A DNA stretch of 64,000 nt. It comes from Chiloscyllium plagiosum (lineage: Eukaryota). The stretch is taken from positions 591,805 to 655,804 of the forward strand of contig NC_057756.1 in NCBI RefSeq assembly GCF_004010195.1. The letters run 5' to 3'. The notes below the pieces were generated by a model. It searched no databases. It saw only the letters and a program-made list of their open reading frames with translations, and was not told where the DNA came from. Made by a program: the position numbers and the translations under genes. Positions within the stretch are counted from its first letter, which is position 1, and each line of letters starts with the position of its first letter. Below, one piece after another: positions 13,701 through 25,700 of the stretch.

Positions 13701-16700
13701 AATGGCTTTTTGCAAATTCATTCAAGAAGATGTCATCGTTTGCACGTCGAGCAAATGAATGACCAATGGACCAATGCACTCCATGGCAATAAAAAAAAGG
13801 AAAAACTATTGCACCATTAACTCTTTGAATCGGTATTTTGCAGATGTGACTAATTTATGTTTTATTTTCAGAACTATTAATGCTGAAGAATGATCTCCAA
13901 GAAACAGGTCTGAATAGAAGTGTTTTCATTGCTGATGCAGTGTTATATTTGCTGTGGTAGAATGCTAAAGTAGGCAAGCTAAACGTGCTGACAATCTTGA
14001 AACATAGGATAGTATTATACTGAAATGCAGAGTGATGTTCAGTTAAAAGAAAGTATCAAAGAGGATTTTCTTCACTTGAATCCCCACATCCAAATTCCCA
14101 ATGAGACTATAAGCAAATGCAACAATTATTAGAAATCCAGAAGAAAAACAGGAAAATCATAGATAAACTAGTATGTCAGGAAATATCTGAGAAAGCACAG
14201 ATTGTTAATATTTCGGATTGATGACTTCAATCAGAAGCAGTCCTGAAGTGATAATTATGGTTCATCACAAACATTGCATATCCTGTGGATTGGTTCAAAA
14301 GTCTCCAGTTTACTTTTAGGCTACGTGATCATAATGTCTTGATTCATAGCCTCGAGAAGTTTAGTTTACTTATGATGACATAATTGCAACGAATTTTTGA
14401 TCATGTTCTAACTGTTATTCATTTATTACTTACTGTGATACTTTTGAAACTTCCATGATTTCACTAATCACATTTTGATTTATGATCCCTAATTATTAAG
14501 ATACTCAAGTATTGCTATTAACAATATTTTGTGGAACAACTACTTGTAGTATAAAGTAGGAATATATTATTCTCCTATTAACAAAGTGCCTAGAACTTCA
14601 ATACTAATCGTCTTAGAGCGAGAATTTCGAATGATTACGTTATTTGTAAGCATTATCAAGTAATAATAATAATAATAATAATACAATTTCAATATTTAGA
14701 AAACAAGTTGAAGATGTGTGAGAAAGGTAAAAACAGTGAAATGTTTTGCATCCATTGAACGCATTCGGGAAACATTTTATATACCATATCACTACGAACA
14801 GAATAGTCGAATATTCATGATTATTTCATTGTCTTTGATATTGTTAGAGATAAAGAAACAATCTGATGAAAACAGTGAGTGATTGATTTCAGAATCATAC
14901 ACACATGTTTTTGCGACATTTGCCATCGCTGATGTTCACTAAATGATGTTTGTTTGTTTTTACTTCCAATACACAAAAACCGAAAGAGCATGAAAAGTTT
15001 TGTTTGACAATAGACTTAACAACCGAATATTATGACACAGTAATTTGCACATGAAACTATCTCATTGCCAAATGGTTATGACTGGAAAACCTATATCAGC
15101 GTGGTACCATGTCATTTATTTTTCAATCCAGCGGTAGCACAACTAAAGGAAGATCTTCGTGACACAGGTATGTGAGTGACTCTCTGTTACAGGTTTTAAA
15201 ACTTCAATTTTTACATGCCAAACTTGAACTGAATTGCTGAGGTCCTCACTTTATAATCAAGGTGGCCACTCTAAAGCTAATTCAACCTTCTCTATCTCAT
15301 CCTGTCACTCTCTTTCAATGTTGCTGTAATCATGCCTCTCGCCACCACAATTTTCTAGCTGGTGTAAAGCCTGCTTCATTTTCTTGTTGATGACTGTCCA
15401 ATGGTCACCCACCTGCTAATCAGATTGCATCTTTACATCTGTAGAAAATGGTTGCACCATTCAATTTCGATACAAAATCGCTTGCAAAATCTATCACACA
15501 CTTTTAATCTCTTCATGTACTTTATTCTGAAAATGACGTTCATCAACACAATCTACTGCAATCTTATCAGAATTCTGTCCACGAATGTCTTCTCTTAATG
15601 CCGATTTATTTTGAATAAAGCATGACAATGTTATTGGTCACCCACCTTTTTGGGGATATTTCTATTCTGATTAATGATATGACTTGATCAGGCAACACTC
15701 CACTTCATCCCTTCCAGTTTCTCCATTTGGGCCTAATATTCTGTACTCGTGCGATTTCTGATCTTTAATTCGGCAATTGTAATGCTAGGAACTTGCAAGA
15801 GTTATTTTAATCAAATTTTAAACCACAGGAATTCGACATATAAGTGATTGCCACACTAAGTGCGCAGTATTTTTTAATTATGTTTGTTTTCAAGATTTGA
15901 AATTAACTGACCAAATCAATCTTGCCCTCTCACAATGAATTTATAATACTTATAGGATGAAGACACGTTTTCCTTAAAGCGGGGAAGCATTATTGTAATT
16001 GACATGCAATGTATTAATTGCATGTTATTATATATCCCTGTTATGCACCATTGAAATTTCGTCCTCTTTCCACGTAGCAGCAACATCAGAAGACCTGTGG
16101 CTGCCCAATGGTATAATTCCTGCCACTGGGCTCACCATTCCATTTTCACTCCCAACCGCCTTATCGACTTTGCCTTTCGACTGGAAAAAAATCTCTTTAA
16201 CAGTCGTCTCTACAACGTGAGTGCAGCTTCTGGACCAATGATCAGCATCACCTCGGATCTTGCATTGCTGCTGAATGTCCACGCTCAAGTCCCACTTCAT
16301 ACAGAGCTATGTGTGGGCAGGGTAGTCGCTCACAGTCCTAAGGATGTGGGTTAGATTCCACTCTCAGGTGACTGAGAGTTTTCACATTTTCCCCGTGTCT
16401 GCATGAATGTTGTACAGTTCAAAATGTGCAGGCTATGTGGATTAGCCATCGTAACTTGTGTCCATGGATTTGCAGTCTAAGTAGATTATCATAGGAAATT
16501 AACAGGGTTGGTGATGGGTCTGGGTGGGATGCTCTTCAGAGGGTCAAATATCTAGATTTCACAATGGACGGATTCTACTCTAAGTCACAACAGGTGTGAA
16601 AATTGTGGCAATAATGAAAGAAAACTTCGAATATATGCATATTAAATACAAGCCACGTATGATTATTATTACAAGAAATAAAAGGTGTATGAAGAGGAAT

Positions 16701-19700
16701 GGTTTACAAGCATATGGGCCTAATGCTGGCAAATGGGATATTTAGGATATTTGTTCGGCATGGACGAGTTAAACCAAAGGGAGTGTTTACATGCTGTATG
16801 ACACCATGACTCTCCAACTTGTAAGGATTGAGTTACTAATTCATATGCATTACTCTTACTCAGAAAATGAGCTTCAGAGATGCCAAGATAGTAAGTGCGT
16901 TATTATTATTGGTATAATAATATCATCACCAGTAGTATTTACATTCGTACTAATGTTGATGTTTTCAAAACTATTTTTACTAACATTACTCCTAACAAAA
17001 GAATGTCCATGGGAAGACCAGCATTATTTGAAGTTCGTTAGTACACTTCGAAATTGTATCACTGTTTCTTTATTAACTGCAAATGTTTTGCAATACACAA
17101 AGCTACAATTCGTTTTGGAAAGAATACCGAGGTTCTCCAGCCCATGTGTAGTGAAAAAAAACATACTTCCAAGTCAGGATGATGCAGAACTTAGAGGGAA
17201 ATCTGTATGATGTGGTTCTCCCAAGACGTTAAACAAGGTTGCACATTGCCGAGCAGTGATAGTTCATTCAGACAATTTGCTAACAGTTTGCTAACAACAC
17301 GAATTATGACTTCACCTGCTTTTCCAGTTGCCCACATGTCCTTTGGCTGCCTTTAATGCAGAAGTGCTTAAAATGCAGGAATATTCTCTAGTATATTCGA
17401 CAAGGTAAGATATACTCTTCTATCAGGCCAAAATATTCAAATGACGGATTCCTATCGAAGTGAATGGAGGAAATAATTAATTTCAATGACGTCGTTGTTA
17501 AACGATTGATAACTAATTAAAATTTTTGCATTGTACATTTCTCAACGGATTATTGTGTAGCAAATATGCAATCCATTATACAAAGGGACATGTCAAACCT
17601 TAGTTTTATTAGCATTACCAGTGCCTTTATTTTTTATAATTTAATTTTGAAACATTGTTGAGTTTTTAAATGTATTTTATGGAATACACTCCAACAAAAA
17701 AAAACACTCTTCCTTCCTCCCATTCAATGGTCCACCAGACTGTCCATGCGACTGTCTGTCTGTCTGCCTATCTGCCTACACTCGTAGCTCATTTTATGTC
17801 ACAGGACAGTTTCTCATTCCATGATCACTTTGTGCCTAGTCTTTGAAGGTTTGCAAAGCTCAGTCGGTCCTCTGCCTTCCAACATTTATTCACATGAGTA
17901 TTTATTTTTCTCTGGCATGCTCCTAATTTTTTTTCCACTTTATCACTTTCTTACTTCCCTTGAGCCATTGTTCCCTAAAATTAATCAGATTTGTGGAATT
18001 CAGATATTGCATTCAAAGTTTTCCACAACGTCTCTCCTGTACAATCATTTGTGCTATTTCCCTTCTTCACTTTGGCCAACTTCCTCATGCCTTTATGAAA
18101 TTTAAGACACTTGTCTTAAAGCCATGCTTCTCAACCCCAAGGAAAAAATCTATCCTTTTATGATAATGGTTTCTCAGATGCTAGCTTACAAGATGTTTAT
18201 GAAGTTATCATGCCTAACTGTACATTACGAACAGTAAAATTCCCTTGCCTCTGGTGGGATGAGAATATACGCTTGTCCGAATATACACTACAATATCATT
18301 TTGCAGATTATTTTTGCCAGTCAGATCAGCCTAATCTACATGACAATGAATATTATTCTTGTATTTGAAGCATGCCTTCTTGAAAACCCCAGTATTTCTT
18401 ACTTTACACTCTACAATGTGTAGGGATACAAGGTGAGCCTATAAAGTCCTAGCACAGATGAATTCCTACCCATGCTGCGCCCTGCTTTTATCAAACAGAT
18501 TCTGCGTCTTGTAATTATGCTAAGTTATTTTCACATTTATAATGATAACGTCCCAAAAATAATAGTCATAATTACAATGTCAGGCGCATTTGCAGAAAGA
18601 CAATTACTTTTACATTAAAGATATTGTTTCAACAGAATTGTGGAAAACTAAATTTGTAACAGCTTTTTCAATCAGGGGATTTGTATTTGTACTAACAGTC
18701 TAAGTAAATCCTCATAAAATATTGGAAACCTGAAATAATTGAATAAAAAAAACGTAGATGCAATGCAGGGTAAAGGAAAATATAGTCCAAAGTTGAGACA
18801 TGAGTTAAAGCCAACATCTGAAAACAAATTGAAGAGAAAAGAAAGAAAAACACCCGGCAAAAACAATCCTGCCATAAAATTGCTTTGACAAAACCAGTAT
18901 GTATAGACGCATGTTGATTTAGTGATTTCAGGTTGTTTAAGAGTAAAATTGGTTGAATGATTCTGAGATGAAAGATAAGGTCATCTGCTTTGTACCTGCT
19001 TTGAACAGAAGGGGTTGCTCCAGTTTCCACGGCAAGAAATAATTAATTGGAGACGTAAGGATGAGTGAAGTATCAAGTAAACCGAAGTACTTGCTACGCT
19101 TGTGGAATTAGTCACCCATTACTTCTTTCTGTGTGTCTCCCTCTCTCACACAAACGCACAAACGCATTCGCTGAATCTTGTACTTAGTTAATCTATACTT
19201 TAATTACTTTTACTCTCATCACATACTTACACACTCTGATTCATTTCCGCAGTACCTCAGATTCATACTCCCTGTAATTCACTTGATTTTTTTTCTCTAT
19301 CTATGAAACATACTCTTTCAATCCACTGTACTCTCTCCTGTACGAGTTTCGCCTCTCCTTCACTGCCCAATAAGATTACTGTAGTTAGCCTTCCAATTTT
19401 CTTACATTGTCTTTACCTTTGATGCATATGATCCCTTAGTGCCTATGCTTTCATATCAGGTTTTAATGATGTGCTATGTTAATCACATACATTTTTGCAT
19501 TGAATGCACTTACAGATTTTCTTTTCCACTGTACCAGATCTCGCTGCTTCCAAAGCAAATGTGAAGGATTTGGGTGAGAACATATTTTGTTAAATCAGAA
19601 AATGTTACCATGTTTAGGGAATTTCTACTGGTTGAATTGGTTTATTGGTCTTCCTCTGCAGAAAATAAATCTGTCTCTCGGTGACAAGACTAAAAGTGCA

Positions 19701-22700
19701 CGCAATGTGCAAAGTATGGTTCCATCAAAGTATATAATAGTAGCAAGTCTTCCTTATTCCTAATCTCAACTTCTCTTGGTGCAAAAATACTTATATATTC
19801 GTTATTGAATATTGTACCTTCATGTTAACGTCGAGGAACTCCTTAACATGGCCATGAGAGTCTGTTTGTTATTCCTCACCTCTCCCAACTTTCACAATGT
19901 TTTATGTTTCATTCTTTTACAAAAATGGATAACTTGGAATTTCAGCATGGCTAATCCTTGTGTATAATCCACCCCAACTCACTTAACCTCTCCAAACACC
20001 TTGAAACTCCTTTCCACCCACCTTAAATCTACCCCAGCCTCTTATTTTTCTGTATCTACAAACTTGTAGTGATTCAATTACTCACAATTCTTTCATAGCG
20101 ATTATTAATGGACAGATCCCAGTCATTGATCCTGGTAATTGCGTAGATCCCATTCTGCTATCCTGAAAATGACCATTTACCTCATATTTTGGTTTTTTGT
20201 GTGTGTGCTTGCTGGTTCTTAATCTATCCAATTATCGTTCCTGAAACCCATGTCTTGTATTTTCTTCAACGTTCTATTTCATTTGATGCTACTGCAAGTC
20301 TTATGAAAATCAAAATAAACAACACCAACAGATTCACTTTTTTTTAAAATTCATTCTTGTGATGTGTCTGTCACTGTCCAGGCCATTATCTAATACCCAT
20401 TCATGTGGTCTGGTAATTAAATAATCAAAACCTACATTTTTCTCCCCCTGAGTTTTGTTTAACATTCAGAAATTCGAGACGACTCTGTCCAACCTTAAAA
20501 CAGAAAGTGCTCGCGAATCTGAAGAGGTCTACCATGATCTGTGGAGAATATAACAGATTTATCGCATTGAATCTGGTATTACTCTTGTTCTGAGAACAAA
20601 TTGTCATGAAATTGTTTCTGTTTTGGATTTCTGAGAGTTGGAAATGTAGAACCCATGTAAGAGATGATTACAGTACCCAGTGCAAAATACCAATCTAACT
20701 AATCCTACTTTAATTTTCGAAATGCACTGCTCTCACATCCTTAACTATACAGGGACTTTTTAAACTGAAATGATAGAATTCCAACATGACTCAATTTGTT
20801 TTGCTTGTCCGCTCCTCCAGTGTAAACAGTGTTGTGTTGGTTAAAAAATAGAAGACTTTTCATTAGCTGTGACACTTTCTTCAACACTGTGTGATGTAAA
20901 CCAGCATACCTCAAATATCTATGAATGTTATTTCTCATTATTTTCGCAAATGCAACTCTTTCATCTATTATTAAATCTTCCAATATCTCCCGTTCATTAG
21001 GCTGTAAGTTCTCCGTGGTATCTGTGAGATAATCAGAATTATCTTCCATGAAAACGGTCACTTTATTTGCTTTAAATTTCATTTTCTAATTTAATATTTC
21101 CATTATAAATTCCGTGATTCTCCCTTCATCCATGCATGCTTTACAACTACGTTTGTATGGTAAATCGTTTGCACGCTATTTAAATAATAAGCATTATCTG
21201 CTGAACATTGCCTCTTCAAAAGTAGAAATCTCAGTTTCCCAGTTTCTCTGTTTTATATTGAAGTAAATACTATCATTATGTTGTCAATCGTTCTTAAAAG
21301 CTCTTCAAAATAAGGACATTAATTCTAACTTATTTTTCGTTGTCAGTACTAAATGTACACAATTTACAGTAAACAGTGATTTATATCTCACCTCTGTTAT
21401 ACAGACCTGTGATTCCTCATTGATACCATGACTCTCACTGTGTCTGCCTCCAGTCGTCTAGAAAGTAACCCTCAAAAAGGGATTTCAGCTGCGTTTTTGT
21501 TTCTGAAGGAGTTCCGCTTTAATGAAGAAAACCACTTAGCTAAATTTTATTAACTTGCTGCTTTTCAGAAGAGGCATTGAACGCAAAAGATGACGGTATT
21601 TCTCTCTCAGATATATTTATTGGACGAAAAAGTTCCCGCATATATAAAAAAATGTCAAATAGAATACATTTTAAAATATGTTATCCAGTTCCATTACAAG
21701 TTTTTAAAATACTCACCCTAATAGTGAGTAAAACATTGTTTTGTTCAGCGCATTAAAAGACTGTGAGGATTAGGGTGCAATGTGGTGAGAAAGTGACAAA
21801 TTGTTCATGTTATTATGTGAGAAAGGCGAATAAGTGACTAAACTTCTGATTATATGTTTATAAAACATTAATAAAATGAAAATCCTTCTTCTTCTCAACA
21901 GCAAAGCACACGATTCCACAATGTCTAATCTGTAGTCGGTTGCAAACATAAATATTTCTCCAGGTGTCAACACAAAGATGAGAAACGACTGAATTTATTA
22001 ACTAATTAAAATAATGACAACTGAGTAATTTTAACACTGAATGATAAACTGAATGAAATATAATTGGACTACAAGTATATTTGTGCTATCGTGCAGGATC
22101 AGGCATGACCCTGATTTTGCACACAGTTTAGTTAGGGTTCTGAAATGTTTGGTTCTTACTCCTTCCAGAGTTGGAGGACATCAGGAAGAATACTAATACA
22201 GAAGGTTGGTATACAGTGTTTTATGATGAATTGGAAATTGTTAGGCAACTGATCTATGTTGAGTGAACAGACAGTGACTACGTGTCATCGGATGTTAAAT
22301 TGAATGAAATTTGGGGTCTTGCAGGAATTGCAATTCAACACTTGTATGACTGCATGACATGACGCCGATTTCTGCATCTTGCACCTACGTTTTAGTGAAC
22401 GGTAACATTGAATCGATACTGTTGTTTTGAACGTATACTAATGTGTGGAATTAATTTAGAAATATCGGTGAGCCAAAATCACAATTGGCCATCACGCATA
22501 AATAGGAGATTTGGATGACAATGGAACCTTGTTTCAACGGCAAGGTCCAAGGTTTGCGAAGCGGTATTTCTGATAATGATTAAGAATGACAGAAATAGAG
22601 GAACTGTATTGCAATAGTGCTCGAGTGAAAGCATGTCCTGAAGGGATCAGTAGAAAATTCCTTTGGGTTGTTGAAAAGAGGCAACAGAATCCATTTACAT

Positions 22701-25700
22701 AGTTTTCTTTTCTCTTCCATAGACCATAAATCATTTTGGAAAGACGGAAATGGCCAATTTATTAAGAAAATGTGAATGATTAGAAAAACTTGCCAAAATA
22801 AGCTGTCTTTTATACTTTAGAACTAATGCAGCTGTCAAAGTATAAATAAGACAATAAAGTTGATCTGATAACTAGTGAAAAAAATGTGAAATTTGGAATT
22901 GAATTATATTTATGAAGGAGTTTGCAATTTAGGTATTAAAAGAAACAGAAGACCAAAATATTAGGACTTCTTTAGATTCCAGCTCTGAAGATCAAAGAAA
23001 ACGACTGAGTGTGGAACAATTAGGAAGGACAATAAGATTGAGTGGAGCAAACAAACTAGTTGCTCAAACACCTATAGCTTTGTGAGTAGAAAATTATCAG
23101 TGAAGAACTAAACAACAAAAAAAGCATTGATAGTCAGGGACACGGACAGTGATATTGGGGAGCATGCAGATTGCAGACCACGACACAGTTGTGTAAATTA
23201 AAGCTCTGCTAAATGAGTATCTGATTTCTGATTCTACAGTTTCAATTAATATATTGGTGATCGAAATATCTGGTTTTTTGAAGTGTTTGACAAATTGTGC
23301 ATTCAAGAAAGATGGAAGTCATCCAAAATAGAAAATGCAAATAGTTTGCATTAAGCCTCAACTATTCATTTAACAGTAAAACATTATTGCTCATAAGCAG
23401 CCATTTCTGAATTTTCTGCTTGCATTTTGTCCAAACACCATTATAAATCATGGCATGAGGGCGGACGTATGGTAAGTAGATTTGCAAGTGAAGATCCTCT
23501 TGTGTTATCCGTCAGTACTGACGAATGACTTTTTGTGGAAATCCACTGTCTACAATCTCTGTTGATTACAACGACTGTTAATATTTTACATATAAGCACT
23601 TCAAAGCCTATGACATGAGTGCATCTGCAATATAATCACTGTCCAAAATAAGCAGAAGCCAGAAAAAAGCATTATTACTAGCAGTGTGAAAGTGCCTGAG
23701 AGAATCAGTACGATTTTGAAATCTATTAGTTCTTAGAGATTTTGGATATCTACTCATCGGAACTGTATTGACCCATGATAACTAATGAATGATTGATGAT
23801 TGCACAGGGTTTGTGGTTAGTTTGACTTGAGCTGTAAACTGCATTTCCAACCATCTTGCCGTCAGTGGCTCTCGAGGATATGAATAGAGTATGTGTTGAC
23901 TTGCAGCCCCTAAGTATGTAAACACGAAATTCTACAGCCACCGAATTTTGGGCATTGCACAAAACTATTCGATAGCCCAAAACTGAACGCTAACCTATTT
24001 AAACATAATCAAGGAATTACAAATTCTCAGCCTAAAAACATTTAACAGATGATGTTGAAGTATAATTTTACAGGCCAGAAGAGGTATTGCGTAAATGAAG
24101 AATGAATTAATGATTTTACCATGGAATGCTTCTAAAACGGTCCACTTGAAGGGGTAATATTATTTTGTGCTCACTTACAAATTAAGCCTACACTCTTCAG
24201 TGATTGTTGTCCTGACAGTTTTTTTTAGATTCCCTACAGTCTGGAAACAGGCCCTTCGGCCCAATACCGATCCTCCGAAGAGTAACCCACCCAGACACAT
24301 TTCCCTCTGACTAATGCACCTAACACTATGGACAATTTGGCATGGCCAATTCAATGACCTGCACATCTTTGGACTGTGGCAGGAAACCGGAGCACCCGGA
24401 GGAAACACACGCAGACACGGGGAGAATGTGCAAACTCCACGCAAAGAGTTGTCCGAGGCACGAATCGATATGGGACAAAACACTAGGCTAATAATTGTTT
24501 AATGCTATTCCAGCTGCAAATATATTTTAGTGTTTATTTTTTTCTACTGTATGTTTTTAAAGTAAAAGATTCAAAGCGACAAATATCATCAATGCACTGT
24601 CAGGCTCCTCATGACATTGGTCAGGTTAACAAAATTGGTGTTTCTCTCAGATGGGCAAAACGAATCCTGCTTTCTTGCTTCTAGATTTCAATCACTTACT
24701 GTAGCACAATCGTAAGGTCAGCACGGGCATCAAAAATTACCAAAAAGAAATTAATCTTCGAAACATGGGTCACGAAATCTATCACTTGCTTCTGGAAGAA
24801 TAAGAAAAGCGTAATGATTATTAATATTCTTAAAATATGAAAGTCTGTCACCCTTACCTGCACTGTGACTCCAATATCAAAGTAGTGTTATTGAGTATCA
24901 ACTGATCTCTAAAAGGTTAAGCAGCTTACTCAGTCAAGTGCAGTTATGCATGGCTAATAAATGCTGAAGTTTAACAAACATTTTCAAAATAACAATCAAC
25001 ATGCTCTCTCGCCAAACTTATTTTCAGCCATTTCACGGCAGCACCATTTGCTACCTGAATAAAAATCTATCTGGATCCTTTGAATTGTGCAAACTAGAAG
25101 GGACAGGGCTGCTCTGTCATTAGAAAAAAGATAACCAATGTTGATTTAATCTAAGCATCGCCCAACCTCTGGTATGGAGCAAGGTCGATGAGGTGGGATT
25201 TTCATGGTGACCACAGTGGTAGAAGAATTGAACGCACTCTGATTATTTCTCTGAACATGACGATTCAAATGTTGAACCAACTGAGTTAAATGCAAATCCA
25301 ACAGCTGACGAGATTTTTCTAATGAGACTGCAACTCGATGTGCCTCTGGCATCATGACAATCTTCCTACCTGGTATTTATAAACAACTTTCTGTATTAAA
25401 TAACTGTCTCAAAGCGATTGCAATCAGATTATATTAACACTGGAATTTCATTTATAAATCACTCCTTATTTGTAAAGTTTCCTCCTACATTAAGTATATC
25501 CGTGAGTCCTACTTCAATTGAAATGATATTATTAGCCATGCCTATTCTATGGACTCTCATGCATTTTTTGGTTTGTGCAACACTCTGGTTTTAAAATGTC
25601 TCTGTGAAGTTCAGTGTCTTGCAGTCTTGTTTACATAAACGTAGGACTGGATACTTGCAAGAAAAGTGTAAAAGAATTAGGTCAGTAGGGTGAGATTCGC

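Noticed and set aside
16791..17210. 139-aa ORF with a hydrophobic stretch overlapping exon 16864
   Set aside because: Better explained as AT-rich intron around a 27-nt exon with consensus splice sites; intron read-through cannot be excluded without cDNA.
22701..22755. Strong acceptor ttttctcttccatag
   Set aside because: No GT donor at a matching distance.
23435..23477. Strong donor ATG|gtaagt with an upstream pyrimidine tract, as the missing exon
   Set aside because: No AG at a 27- or 36-nt distance (ccaa instead of ccag) and the peptide is unlike the family.
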